Positions 1 through 13,282 of a DNA stretch of 48,432 nt are shown here, in pieces; position 1 is the first letter of the stretch, and each line of letters starts with the position of its first letter. Location of the stretch: assembly GCA_013115125.1 (NCBI GenBank), contig JABANN010000238.1, positions 1-48,432 on the forward strand, given 5' to 3'. The notes under the pieces were generated by a model that saw only the letters and a program-made list of their open reading frames with translations, was not told where the DNA came from and searched no databases. Source of the stretch: Perkinsus olseni. Taxonomy: Eukaryota. The position numbers were made by a program, and so were the translations under genes.

Positions 1-291
1 GGTGGGATTGGATAATCAAATATCGTCATTTAGCAGCGGTCGCTGCACTCGCTGGAGGAGGAGTGCTAGTGGCGAGTAGGTGAGGTCCGTGATCGGACGG
101 ATCGCATTGCTTGCTCCTTTATACTACTGAATGGACGTGGGCCTAGGGGAGATCCTTGTATGAAACCCACAGGCTGCTCGATCGAGTATCTCTATCGTGG
201 GGTAGCTATGATTGGCCATTGTGGATCTATTAGGAGTCACTCGAAAGCCCAATAGGAGCGAGTATGGTGATCATGCCGAGGGATCATCCTC

Positions 292-312
292 CAGCAGCAG
301 CAGCAGCAGCAG
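292..312 (+). repeat. (CAG)7 microsatellite
   Basis: Seven tandem CAG units read directly from the sequence. Confidence 0.9.
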
Positions 313-439
313 CACCGCCTCCGCGTCGTCGGGTATTTCCCGCCCAAACGAAGAGATCGTACCATCTCACGAAAGGGTTTCCTCTCCTCCAAGGGTTATG
401 CTCGTGCACATCCTTAGGAAGTAACCGGGAGAATCTAGT

Positions 440-901
440 TCAAAGAGGCTGTGTACAATAACTGGAGGCTGTTGATGAGTGGGAGGGGCGAGGAGTCAAG
501 TTTAAGGTGCTCAAGCAGATGCTAAAAACTGTACGTCGTCTATCATGCCTCCTCTGCGGTAATTCTTGCATGCTGCTGGAGACACCTGTTCGTCGTTATA
601 ACTTCGTACCCATCGACGGGGGGTGATGATGACGAAGCGTGCTGTAGAAGACGCAGCAGGGGAGATTGAGTTGCGATGATGCTGTCGATCGTTAGATAAA
701 AAGAACAAAGCCTCACATCACCCGCGTCGTTACAGTCTTTTATGGAGGGAATTCACGAGTAGCCTTCTACATCAAGGCAGGCGTCCGTTGCGATGGTAGG
801 AGTTGGGGGGATATCAACTTGAGTGCCTGGTAGGTTCGATCCTTTTAGATATAAATTTGGAGGTCTACGAATGCACCTACGAGATGCCAGAGCACGCCTA
901 A
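440..901 (+). CDS. Possible 3' exons of a hypothetical spliced gene
   Basis: Exon-like segments between GT/AG signals: EAVDEWEGRGVKFKVLKQMLKT, IKRTKPHITRVVTVFYGGNSRVAFYIK and INLEVYECTYEMPEHA*. No recognised domain, and splice phases are not fully resolved. Confidence 0.3.
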
Positions 902-1467
902 GAGCATGATGCAGTGGAAGAATCACCGTTGCTCGTTGCGATGGTCTCGTCTGTCTTTGCCATGTTCATCATCCTGCTCAATCCATCGAATCACTTTGTT
1001 TTAATGTGAGGCAGTATTTTGATGTTGTTAGTCGTCGCCATAGTCTGTAGTCCTGGCCCGTGGAAGTCTCGTCACTTCATCTTGTAGTTTGTGACTTGTT
1101 TCCACTCTGAGGTGATGCTGAGATGTCGAAGGATCGACGACGAGGCTGAAGATAAAGAAAACCACGGGCATAACGCAAATACCGAGGTAGGCTGGCTTCT
1201 CCGATGGTGAGGCTCTTAGTGGCTCTTATCGTTTCTGCAACACAGTGAGAAACGGGACGCTTCTGAGGTTGGAAGCAGCAAATCAATTGCCTCTTCTGGA
1301 GGAACGGCCGAACTTCACTTGGAGCGTTGGAATACTCCTCACTTCCCCGCAGCCACGAGAGAGAGTCTCATCGAGGGTTAAGGCTGCTCTGAATGTAGCA
1401 GCGGTCAACATAGGATAGCGTGTAGCGACCTAGTTCCGTAATCTGCGTTGGCGGAGAGTTGGGGAAG

Positions 1468-4400
1468 ATGCCCCTACGGAGACGCCTGACATATGCTACT
1501 CGTTATCAGATGCATGATGTACAGGATAATAAAGTCAAAAACAACAATAGCGACTCGGCGGGGTCTACCGAGGATACCACTCCGGATGAGGCTCAGGTAA
1601 CTGGCTGGGCGAGGTCGCTGTCGTCTGTATTAATATCGTGACGAGCGGCGACTAGAAACACTGGAAACCAACATTCTTGACTCCTCTTCAACAGTGACTG
1701 CATCATCATGACGGATGCTTTACCATTAGGCGTTGAATTGGGATGCAACCTTCACTAAGGGTGCTTCGTCTTCAGCCTCGTCGAACAAGAGCAGCTAAGG
1801 ATGGCCATCAGCAGGCGAGGGAGGACGTCAGTCGAGTAGTGCAGGAGGTAGGATTGTCACAGGGGAGGAACTTGGCGGACGCAGTCTTCGCAGGTGGCTC
1901 CGGAGACTCCGCCGAAGCGACCAATGCCGAGTGACGCCGCCGGATCGATGGCGAAAAAGCGGAAGATAGGCAGCAAAGGCGACTTCAAACGATTAGTCAT
2001 CAGAGACATTGTGCGTTGAATGATGGACACTCCGGGAGTCGAACCTGGGTGTACGGCTTACAGCTCACGGCTCACAGCAGGTTCTGGAAGACTTCAAGTC
2101 TTACGGCGGGCGGAAGTACATTGGCACTTTCTCGAACAACTTTTCGGTCATTGTCGGTCCCAATGGGTCGGGAAAATCTAATATCATCGACGCCATGCTC
2201 TTCGTTTTCGGCAAAAAGGCGAAACAAATTCGACAGAACAAGTTGGCCGAGTTGATCCACAACGCCGGTGGAGAGAGGCCCGAGCGAGCCAAGGCAGGCT
2301 GAAGGAAACCTGAAATTTCCAGTATCATCTTCGTGTAGGTGAAAATTAGTTTTGCGGAGGTCAACAACGAGGATGGTCAGGAGGTACCGGGATCAGCCTT
2401 CACGATTTCGAGGGAGTGCTATGCTAACAGCTGCAGCAAGTAGGCCCGAGAGAATGCTTAGCAGTTACTGATAGTAGTGCAGCGCACCAGAGTTCTCAGC
2501 TTCATCTTTGCCCCGTTTTTGGTGCCGGTTCGCCGTTCACGTCATCGTAGAATGACTCTCTGTCTGATGTAAGTACGCGTTGGAGGAACGTAATGGCTTC
2601 CCTAAGATACACCATCGACGACCGGACTTCGTCTTGGACGGAAGTCGGTGACCGTCTTCGAGCATACGGTATCGATCTTGATCACAATCGGTGAGCAATG
2701 GCGGAGCTAGCTGTCGACTCTCACGCTGTGTTTTGTAAGATTCCTTATTCTGCAAGGAGAGGTAGAATCAATTGCTATGATGAAGCCGAAGGGGGAGGCG
2801 AGTCAGCCAGGCTTTCTAGAATTCCTCGAAGAGATTATTGGGTCGGAAGTGTAAGACAGGATGGCCTCCTGTCCTCAGCCAGATGGTGACTAGCGCTTGT
2901 CCTCTGAGAATGGTCTGGCTCGGTGTCAATCTCCCAAGCAGGTTCATCGGAGATATCGAGAAGTCAACCGAAAATATGAATAGGCTCGTGGAAGAGAGGA
3001 ATCTTCATCTAAATAGAGTCAACGCTGCACATAAGGATGTGGTGGCGCTGGAAGGGCCCAAGAGAGAGGCGATGAAATATGTCAAGTAGGTCCAGGTTGA
3101 TTTTCTTCGCTCCGCTAGAATTGTGTTATCACGTTTCTCTGTTCGCGAGTGAGTGCATGATCGTCTCGGAGCAGCCTATCGTCCGTCTTCATTGAGGTAT
3201 TCCGTTTCAGAGTTCAGTGTAAGTTGATCGGATCCAAGGCTAAGTTGGTACAGTATGATAGGGGGAAGGCGGACAAGAGGCGGAGAGAAGCTGAAGCTGA
3301 GAGAAAAGAAGCGGCCGAATCATTGAAGGAGATGATGGAGGAGATTGAACAGTAAGTAGCGCAGTTACATCCATTGGAGGGTATAGTCTTCCAGGGCGAA
3401 CCAAAAAGTCAAAGCGGCGGAGGCTGAGTGTAAAACCAAGGAGAAAGCCTGTCATAAGATCAGTGTTAAGTGTGATAAGCTGCTGAATAAGTTCAACGAG
3501 ATGGATCGGCAGTTGACTAAGTCGAAGGAGGATCTGAAGTGGGTCTCTGTGGATGCCGGAAAGGGTCTATGTCTGCACGACAGAACGTGCGAGATCAAAT
3601 TGAAGCGTACGAAGAAAGAGATAACGACCAACGAGAATAAAGCGGAGAAACTGAAAGATGATGCTAAGGAAATGGAAGAGGTCGACTTACCCAAGGTGAG
3701 GTGGCGTTGGATGGACTGTAATTGCCGATAGAACGTCTTGTGCGTGGTTTGGCTACAGAGGGTTATATAGGTTGAGAGCGACATAAAGAAATTGGAGGAA
3801 AAGAGTGAGAGTGAGCGGAAGAAACTCGAGGAGATTTACGGGAAGGAGGCTAAGTGCAGCACGGAGAAAAAGTAATAGTAGGGGTGGATGGTTCGGCTTG
3901 CGATGATGGTGATTTTAGGGAGGAGTTGGATAACCTTACCAAAGACTTGGAAGAGTTGCGCGCGGTGGAAGGTGAGTATAAAAGAGATATCAACGACATG
4001 CTGAAACAGAAGAAGCAATTAACTGACAAGGTAGGCAACTGGGCGACGGACATACCGGACATATTCTCCCCTCGGACCGCTGAATAGTCGTCCAGGACGA
4101 CTCGTCCTTTCATTTCACCTAGTATAATGGAACGAGGAAAGCGTCAGTAGAGAGCGTTGACGGATTAGGTGTCTGCAGCCCAGGGTCAGCGGGCTAGGGT
4201 AGAACAGGAAAAGCAGATCATGGTTGACAAGTTGAAGCAACGAGAGGAAGCGATGGAGGAGAGCAAACGCATTACTGAGCAGTAAGGCAGCACCTGCGCG
4301 ATGTCATCAGCTGGGTCGCTCGACTGCTCGCCTTGTGGGTACTCGGCGCGGATACAGCAGAACGAGGAGAGGATTGCGGAGATCTACGAAGCGTTGAAAC

Positions 4401-7400
4401 AGAATGGGATCGAGGGAACGGACATCCACAGTAGAGCGGCTGGACTTGCCGAGGGAAGGACACCCTTGGCGTTTATAGGTAAGATTGATAGCACGCAAGT
4501 GAAGATGCAGGAGAGTGGGGGTTCACAAGGAGCACCCAATCTACGGAAGTAGGAGTGACCCAGAGGATGTACAGTACCAGCGTATTTCAGAGCGATAATG
4601 CAAGCCGCACAATCCGGTCAGCTCCGAGGGGTCCATGGCCGTCTAGGGGATCTAGGAACAGTTGATGATATGTAAGTTCTTCTTTCACCCTCCAAACCCG
4701 TCATGTTTGGCAAGGGCTTGGTCGTCTCCAGTCTCCATGTCGAAGGAATGTGATATAAAACACCTTCGCCGGGGATCGAGCCTTCGCTGTCTACATGCTC
4801 GCTATATCGTTGATCCGATTCTCATGTGGTGTGAGGCTCACACCGAACCCACACTGTGAGCTGTCTTCTCTATCGGCCGGAGTGCGGCCTGCTGGCAGGT
4901 ATGATGTGGCGGCCTGCACAGCGGCTTCGGGAACACTGGATAACATCGTTGTTGACAGTAGGCGGCGGCCATGAAGGCCTGCTTCCCTCATCGCTCGTTC
5001 TCGTAGATGCGGAAGCCGCTCAAGCAGTTGTCGAGTTCTGCAAGCAAAGAAGACTTGGCCGAGTTACTTGCATCATACTCGATAAAGTGGGTATCCTTGG
5101 CCGCGACACGCTGGTCAGATCCTATCTCCGACTTCTCGGTCGAGTTTCGACGGCCGTTCGAGAAGACGATGGCAACGGTCGAGTGCTGCTATGATATTGG
5201 TATTCAGATAAGAGAGAAGAAGCCTACCGGAGATCCTCCCGAAGATACGCGCCGGCTCATCGATCTAATTAAACCAAATGAGCGGAAGTAGCAGGAGGTG
5301 ACGCGTTCTTGCAGAACCCTTCAAACGGCAGGTTCCGTCCTGCATTCTATTTTGCTGTCCGAGAGACGCTGGTTGCTAAAGATCTGAATCAAGCTCAGCG
5401 AGTGGGTCATGGCGAGACCACTGGGGGGCGTCGGTAAGCTCGACCCATTACCTATTCTGGTCCACTGAGCAATTGTGATTCTATTAGAAGTTCTAGACGA
5501 ATGGACTCGAGGGTTATGACACACGCGAGCTTCTAGTGCCCGTTCGGAACGGTTCAAGATGATTCCGCACCCGTCTCACGCTAGTTGATCCATTTTTGAT
5601 CATCATCGGTCACAGAAGATGCATGAGATGACCTCTGGCAGTTACCGTGTCGTATCGCTCGACGGTAAGCTGGTGGAAACCAGCGGGGTGATGTCGGCGG
5701 GAGGCAGAACAGCTAAGGGGCTTTTCGGGGCACAGCGAGGGAAGGGTGAGCAGTGTTGATAGAGGGACATCAGCAGTTTCGTCATCCGGTCCGCCGCTGC
5801 AACCGTTCACTCCATCGGCTTTCCCCTAAGCGGTATGAGCTTCTGCCCGTTTCTCTCTGTATGTAGATCCCGAGGCTGGCAGTTACCAAAGGCTAGAACA
5901 GCAAGTAGCACGCCTCAAACAGAAGTGAGCCTCCTCTTGTGGTCTTGTGAGTATATCCGTGTCGTTGTAGAATGGACGAACTCAAGGCGACACGTGAAAA
6001 GCTGACGAACGAGCGATCCGACCTCCAGGATATGAATCGTCAGATGAAAGCGGTCAGTGTGCTTCTGCCTATGGAAACTCTCCAGCATATGCGTCGGCTC
6101 CTATGTATAGTCTACGATTAGGACAGAGCTTTGAATCCAGCGCTTCATTTTCTAACTTCGAAACATCGCTTCTGTTTCAGACATTAGCGGACCACGAGCA
6201 GCGGGAGCAGCAACCGGTTGATCTGGATGCCGTGAAAATATCTATCCAGCAGTACGGCAATAATCTGTAGCAGCATGAGGCTTTCATGGGCTTCTTCATA
6301 GATTTGACCGCCAGCTGGAGGCGATAGTTTGCCCGGAGCTGAGTGATGATGAGAAGAAGAAAGTAGCGATGCTCGACGAGAAGATAGAGGACAAGCAAGG
6401 CGAGCTGAATGAAGTAGGTCCGCCTTCTGAAAGTGCTAGGAGTCCCACTGGATATAGCAGATTCAAGCGGGAGTCGCGGAGCTCTTGGAAGCAATCAAAC
6501 TGTTGAAGGACAAGATTTTGAGATCGGAGGGAGACAAGACACGTGCGCAGAAAAGGAAAATGGAGGAGTTGAAGAAGTCCTTGGAAGAGAGGCGGAACCA
6601 CAAGCGAAGGGTGAGGACTTGCGCGAGCCGCGTAATTGGCAGACCTGTTGCAGATGGCTCTGAACATCCGCAAAGCCCGAGAGAACGCTGAGAAGGCTTT
6701 GGAAAAAGCCGAACAGCTCCGCAAGGATATCGAGACTTTAGAAAAGGAAGAGGAGAAGCGCCGGCCCGAGTCTGAGAAGTCCGAAGTGAAGCGCTGCGAG
6801 GGAGGTGCATCCCACGTGTTGTTTAGACTGCAGGAGATTGCTTTGGGACTCTTCGAGGACCATAACCAGCTGCTCGAACAGCGGAGGGAACAAGAAAAAG
6901 TGGTAGAAGAGCTGAAGGAGAAGGTCAAGCAGGTGAGCGGCCTGGTCGGACGAACGAGCGCCTTCGATACTCATCCCCACCAGATTCGTGACGAGCATCA
7001 AGAAGTGAAGAAGAAGGAGGAAGATCTAAAGATGAACTATGAAGAGAAGTACGATCGTAGTTTATCGAGAATTGACTGGATTACTTCAGGAGTAACAAAG
7101 TGAAGCAACACGAGGAAGCTTCGAGGCATTATAGTAGGGACTTGGCGGGACTTAAGAAGGAGTGGGACGATCTCCCCACGGCGCTTTTATTCGAAGAGCT
7201 CGAGGTGAACTTCCGATCAGCGGCTGGTATAGTTGATGGAATTTGACCGTTTCAGCACGATTCGGCAGCTAATATTCCCCCTGCACCATCGCGTCGAGGC
7301 AGTCCAGTAACATCCCCTGCTCGTCCAGCCGGGCCTCAGCTGCCGAACGAGACTCCAGAGCAAACGCCCGAGCGAGTGAAGCAACCCGATGATGATGACG

Positions 7401-8743
7401 AGGAGGACGGGAGGGAAGAGCCGATGGACTGCCGAGCACTGGGGAAACCTGTTCTGATGGATCTCACGGAGGAGGAGCTAGCTGGAATTGAGAAAGCCTT
7501 GGTAAGCGTGTATCAATTTCTGGTTCGAGGAGCAAGCTTCCGGGGAAAGATTTGTCACGGAGTAACTTGAATCCCCGTGAGCATTAGCGAAGCTCGACAG
7601 GACGAGTATGATGAAAGTCTTGACATTTCCACTGCCGTTGCCGACGTTCAGTCGTCCATCAAGTCGACTGTCTTCGCGCTCGAAGATGAAATACAGAAGA
7701 TGCAGCCGAATACCCGGGCCATTGAAGATTACAAGAAGAAGGCTGCTGACTATAAGAAGAAAAAGGACGAGCTTGACGCCGTCATTAAAGAGTCGCTTAA
7801 AGGTTGGGCCGAGCATCTATGGTTCAGGTAACGAAAGACCGCGATGATGTTCGTAGTAGACTGAAGCAGTTGGAGAACGATCGGCTCACCATGTTTCTAA
7901 CGGTATTATTCTCGACTCGTACTCTGCCTCCCACAGCTGCCTCTCAGGGGTTTCATACGATCCGAGAGAAACTCAAAGAGCTTTACCAGATGATTACACT
8001 TGGAGGGGATGCCGACCTTGAACTAGTGGACGGGCAGGATCCCTTCTCTCTCGGGATATCTTTCTCTGTGCGACCGCCGCGGAAAAGTTGGAAGCAAATA
8101 GCGAATCTCAGCGGTAGGGCAGTTTTCCTGCCTAACTATGGCAGACGTGGTGGCGTTTTGTAGTAGCGCTGAGCTTTCTCGTAGGTGGAGAGAAGACCTT
8201 GGCCTCGCTTGCTCTGGTATTTGCATTACACTACTATAAGCCGACACCTCTGTACTTCATGGATGAGATCGATGCGGCTCTCGATCAGCGCAATGTCGCG
8301 ATAATTGCCAATTACATCAAAGAACGAACACAGAAGAATGCACAGTTCATCATCATTACGCTCAGGTGGGTCCAGATAACAGATCTGTGAACCGTTGGAA
8401 GAACCATTGCAATTTTGTTCTGATCGGCCCTGAGCGGATTCGACCCGCTCAATGAGCCACTGAGTGGAGGGGAGCCGGTTGCCATTGCCGACGGGACTTC
8501 GCCGCTGTCCGAGACTTGTCATCGACCATTTCATCAACTATTGCTCGAGCGATATCATGATGAGCCTAGGGTGTCTCCCTCGTCAGGAACTCTATGTTCG
8601 AGTTGGCGGATCTGCTGGTTGGTATATGCAAGACTCAAGATCGGAGTAAGAGTGTCATGGTCGACCCTGCGAAGTACATGCTACGAGATTCTTCCGATAA
8701 TAGCCGGGATAGCATCACCCCGCTCCTGCCGGTTAGAAGATAA
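1468..8743 (+). CDS. SMC4: Structural maintenance of chromosomes protein 4 (condensin subunit), multi-exon
   Basis: N-terminal head RLVIRDI|VLEDFKSYGG...VIVGPNGSGKSNIIDAMLFVFG (Walker A) and FLILQGEVESIAMMKPK. Coiled coils and a hinge (GVHGRLGDLG, LGRVTCIILDK, FYFAVRETLVAKDL). C-terminal head GGDADLELVD..DPFSLGISFSVRPPRKSWKQIANLSG|GEKTLASLALVFALHYYKPTPLYFMDEIDAALD. Stop TAA at 8741-8743. Start uncertain (ATG 1468 or 1708). Confidence 0.95.
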
Positions 8744-8874
8744 ATGAGCACTTGTGACTACTATCAATTACTTTCTGCATCCATCGTTCCGCTTCTCTGT
8801 TGTGAATGCTTCGAGTTGTCAGTCATTTAACAGCCGCTTGTATACGTCAGCCGTAGATAAGAGTGCGAGGTGAA

Positions 8875-8897
8875 CCTCGAACTTTCGAGGCTCGAAG
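8875..8897. mobile_element. Near-perfect 7+8+7 excision-type footprint (8-mer CCTCGAAG, one extra T)
   Basis: cctcgaa-ctttcgagg-ctcgaag. Confidence 0.6.
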
Positions 8898-9009
8898 TGT
8901 TGATGGTGAGATGGTACAATGTCGATTCGTTGATGGTAGGAACACCTGATCCTGATCACCACCTGATCCGATCAGGTGATCCCATCATCTCACTGGGTTG
9001 CGCATCTCA

Positions 9010-9031
9010 GTGATGAGTCATCACTGATGAC
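9010..9031. mobile_element. Perfect 7+8+7 excision-type footprint (8-mer GTGATGAC)
   Basis: gtgatga-gtcatcac-tgatgac. Confidence 0.75.
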
Positions 9032-9764
9032 AAGAAATTCACCTTGTGTCCGACGCCCACGCCAATTGCCCATCATTCCAGTTCCATACCGCTCCGATAT
9101 CTCACTCCGTTATATCCCGTCATGACTTACCACGAAACAGTACTTGCTATGGCGTAGGGCTTGTTGTTGTAAAGAATATCGTCTACGGTTCCCAAGTGTT
9201 TAGTCAGTTACTCGCATGGCTAAGAAGGTAGACGTAAAAAGCATACATGTGGCTGCAGTATGCGGAGCTCGTCTGGAAAAGGTGGCTAGTGGTTGTAATT
9301 GTGGCCAATTTCCAACTGCGACCTTTCATGCCAGTTTCTCACATCGAGCATAATATTTGCAGATGGTAGGACCCCAACGCATACAGTCTTGAGGAGTCCT
9401 GGCTATTATGTAAAACACGGTCGCAGTAGCTGCACAAGCGAGCAGAAGGTTTGCTTCTCGCTTGCCCAATTTTTCCTCAGGCCTTGCCCAAACTTTTCTA
9501 GCAACAGCGCACGTCAATGATGACATTTTTCTGTAGAGCTGCGTACTGCTGCGCCATCGTTGCTATTATTAGTGTGCGGGAGCTGCATTTTGGCCCGTTA
9601 TCTTACTGGTAATAAGCATGCAAGCGTCCGCTCTAACCTCGCGTTGAGTTAGATTGACGAGGGCATCTCTATGGCTTTTGTTGGAATTACCGGACGCTTC
9701 TGCGCGAAGCGTCTCAATGGCGCATCGAACTCGTCGTTCTGCAGCCAAATTCAAAAGTCATCGC

Positions 9765-9786
9765 GTCAGTGCCACTGACTCAGTGG
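9765..9786. mobile_element. Perfect 7+8+7 excision-type footprint (8-mer GTCAGTGG)
   Basis: gtcagtg-ccactgac-tcagtgg. Confidence 0.75.
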
Positions 9787-10158
9787 CCGTGCGTCATTGT
9801 CATCATTCTCATCTCTCCCCCTGTCCAATGTTGAGAATCTCCCCAAAACCCACGAGCTCTACGACAGAAAACTCAACATTGTATGGGGACGGTGGGGGGA
9901 ACGCGGTGAGTCAACAGTTTTGTAACTGACTGCAGCATCGACAAATGTGAGCGAGTGGCGAAACCGAGTCTAGGAAACGATTATACAGGGATTATATAGA
10001 ATTATTGATAGGGAGTCCTAGAGGGTAGTCAAAGCGATGTCCCATTTAAGTACTGGATAGACCTCAACCGGTAAAAGAATTCTGAAATCGCCGTCAACGT
10101 AATAAGCCAACCCTGCTCTTCCAGGAAAGAAAAACTTGGGTGAAGAGAGTGCCAACTA

Positions 10159-11073
10159 TTACCTGCTTGAGGAAGAGCATCCATATCGTGGACTAAGACT
10201 ATCAAACAGGAAATTGCCAGTAACATAAATCAATTCTCTGCTGGTGAATCCCACAGTCTTGTAGTTCTCTGCCAAAAATCTATCTTTCGGTAAAGTAGGG
10301 CACGCCGCATTGAGGGCTTCGACGAGTTCCTCCAACGTGTCTCCGCCATCCATAGGAGAGAGCTCGTACCGCTTACCAATGCCCATGCCCACGAGCAAAA
10401 AATACTTGAAACCGGGGTCAGCACCGTGTTGGCAGCCAAGTTTCACAGCAACAGTTCCGTTCACGTAGACGTTGTACTGCATCTTGACTGCCCAGTCGGT
10501 CGAAAAGTCACCATAGGTCGAAGGATCGGTGCAATAGGATCCTGGGATCAGTGGCAGCCAGACGCGTTTTAGAGTATGGAAATGACCTCCAAGACCAATT
10601 TGTAAATCGCCTAATCGGGTGAGTCGGAACTCGTTAAAATCGTAGTACGTAACCCCGGCGGAGGGGAACGCAGCTTGCGCTCCTTCAACCCAGCCTTGAC
10701 GCTCTTCCGATCCAGGGCCCGATATCGGCGCCGAATAAAGCAAGTCTGGCTGAGCAAACTTCTTGCGGAGAGAGAACCAACTACTTTGATAACCAGTTTC
10801 ATTTTCTAAGGAAAACATGCCCTCACGGTCATCGCGGACGACAAAGACGGCTCTAATGGCATTGGGGTCTATCGGTTCGAGAACGAATAGGTCGATGCTC
10901 GCATAAGGGTAATCATTCAAGAGGCTCTCGACAGTGGCAGGTGGAAGAGAAACTTGAGGCCGAGAAGAAGATCGTGGCTTGGATGGAAGAACTGCGGGGC
11001 GACACTTCTGATTGCCATAGATCAGAGGGGCGAAATGAATGATTATTGAGGTGATAAGGCGGAGGACGGACAT
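10159..11073 (-). CDS. Intronless hypothetical secreted protein (304 aa)
   Basis: Uninterrupted ORF with an ATG start and a signal-peptide-like N-terminus (MSVLRLITSIIIHFAPLIYG). No recognised domain. Confidence 0.75.
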   Translation of the reverse strand: MSVLRLITSIIIHFAPLIYGNQKCRPAVLPSKPRSSSRPQVSLPPATVESLLNDYPYASIDLFVLEPIDPNAIRAVFVVRDDREGMFSLENETGYQSSWFSLRKKFAQPDLLYSAPISGPGSEERQGWVEGAQAAFPSAGVTYYDFNEFRLTRLGDLQIGLGGHFHTLKRVWLPLIPGSYCTDPSTYGDFSTDWAVKMQYNVYVNGTVAVKLGCQHGADPGFKYFLLVGMGIGKRYELSPMDGGDTLEELVEALNAACPTLPKDRFLAENYKTVGFTSRELIYVTGNFLFDSLSPRYGCSSSSR

Positions 11074-12342
11074 TAGTAACCGAATGTCAACCTACCAAAG
11101 GCAGCAGCCACTAATGGTAGGTATATTGTAGCATCTCGCAGTCCGAAGCACTACTGTTGGAACGCAACCTACGTAGAGAGGCATGTGTCTGCAGCTGACG
11201 ATGATGTGCAGTAACGTATAAACGAGACTGAGCAAGTCTCCGATGAACAATGAGCTATCTATCAACAGTCTAACGTCACGGGCGAGCGAACTCGCCTGCG
11301 ACGCTGTTGCGTTGCGTTGCTGTTTCGCTGTTGCGACGCGGCTCTTTGCCCGCTGGACGCCCCGGAAGTCGCGGTCGACGACTGGCTTTCGTGCAACTCA
11401 ACATTGCCTTGTGCGATAGGAGTGGGAAGCGACGCAAGCAAGCTCCACAGACTGAGGGGCGGGACCATCCCAGGGGATGGAGGGCCACGATGGCTGACCC
11501 TCCTCTAAACGGGAGAGACGGCCATCAATCCGCGCATCGCGGATTTCCGCGTGGTACCATGATTAGGACTATCATGCACCAACGTATTACGATAGGACAT
11601 AAAACGATACCTCTTCGAGAAACCCTCTTTCGATTGATGTATCGTGCGAGGTTGGTGAGAACGTCATCGCTAAACCCCGACTCGGGGTCCCCGAGAGAAG
11701 CACCATCTGGTGCTAGCACCTTCGCAATGCTCGAATTGCGTCACTTTAAGCGCCTCGCACGATGCGATGTACATTTAAACATATCGGTATTGGTTCATGG
11801 ACGTTGGAGCCTCGCAAAACTGTAGTAGCCCAGCTGTCAGTGGCTTGGTAGTAGATGCGGCCCACATCATGTGGGAGGGCAGGTGCCAGATGACCATGTC
11901 GCCCCCGGGCGACCAAGGTTGTCAGGCTGAGGCTGGACGGGCTGGTATGCTGAATGGCGGGACGCAGTATAAACCTGGTTGGTTTAACCAGCAAGCGGGA
12001 GAACAACACGAAGTGAACGTGATTTTTGTTATCACCATTTTCGTCATTGTTATCGTTGTTGTCAGCATTACTATTGCTCCTCCCGCATATCACCAATATC
12101 TACGAAAAAGACATTCACTTGCTCACCAACTGACGCAACGAAACCCATTTGATATCTTTAGTAAAATAACATCCATGAATTGCATGTGCAGCCAGGGAAG
12201 GGATAAGAGATAGGGAGGGGATGGGGGAATTCCTCTAGGCGGGTAGACAATTATACAAAAATAATGCCTGTAGCTTAGGATTAATGATAGATAGTCATTA
12301 GCATCCTTTTTGAATGCTGTCCAAGATGACTCACGACGACGT

Positions 12343-13282
12343 TTAAACTGGTGCGGGAGGAGCCACCAGCTCCGCCCGGCATAGCGGACATCGGTAACTT
12401 GCGGTTCGGGAGGAATCGAACCACCTGAGACAAGCAGATCAGAACAGATCCATCCGGTTTCAAAAGAGGAAAATTCACCAACAATACCAAAATGGGGTGA
12501 GGGTACATACCCGGTGATGCATTCATCATGGAAGATATGTCCGCACGTCCTTAGCTTCCGCAAACTGGTTGAAGTTTCCTGGAGATGCTGAAGACGAGAA
12601 GCAAAATGTCGAGCCATGAGATAGCAGTCGAGAGCTGAACCAAAGACTAGCGGAAAGCTTCCTGACAAGCCCGCGTGATTTATAATCCGTCTGGCCAGGC
12701 GCTGGAGACGCTAACTCAGCGAGAATAAGCAGGTCGCTGCTGAGAATGTTCGATTCGCCCGTGCTCACCCCGAGACAGATTGAGCAGTCCTGATCATCAT
12801 CGGCTAGCGAATGCTCGACAACTTCCGTTTGTTCAGCAAGGACGGCCGAGAGATTCTCGGGCGAATTTCGAGACTTCTCTCCTTCACGAGAATACTCACG
12901 GCTCAACCCCTGACTCGACCGATGCACAAGGGAGCAGTGTGTGATCGGATTCACCTTATAGAAAGCGACGCAAGCGATGAACATGAAGATGAGTGTCAAA
13001 ACGCCGCAAAAGGCCATCGCCATTCTTTGATCAGCTCCTGTGAAGTGGTAAGAGTCATCTGAAGAGTAGCGTGCAGGTTGCACCGTGTCAGGTTACTCCT
13101 CTCACCCGCTTCGCCATTGCGATCAGTCTGGTGTACGTAGTAGAAAGACATTTAGCTTTCCTACAAAACTGTAGGGAAGCTTCCTTACCTGCCGGGGAAC
13201 TACTCTGATCCAGCCAAGGTTTCGGAAACATCAGTTCGGTCCCGAGGACGCCAGTACCCACTCTGACAATCGACGAAGGCAT
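12343..13282 (-). CDS. Transmembrane RING-H2 E3 ubiquitin ligase (ATL-like architecture), multi-exon
   Basis: TM helix MAFCGVLTLIFMFIACVAFY. RING-H2 split by introns: CSICLG...LRTCGHIFHDECITG|WF...YRCPLCR. Stop at 12343-12345. The 5' exons and start are uncertain. Confidence 0.85.

Noticed and set aside
11262-12213. Several overlapping ORFs and GTTGC-type repeats
   Set aside because: No coherent gene model, domain, TIR or TSD could be supported.
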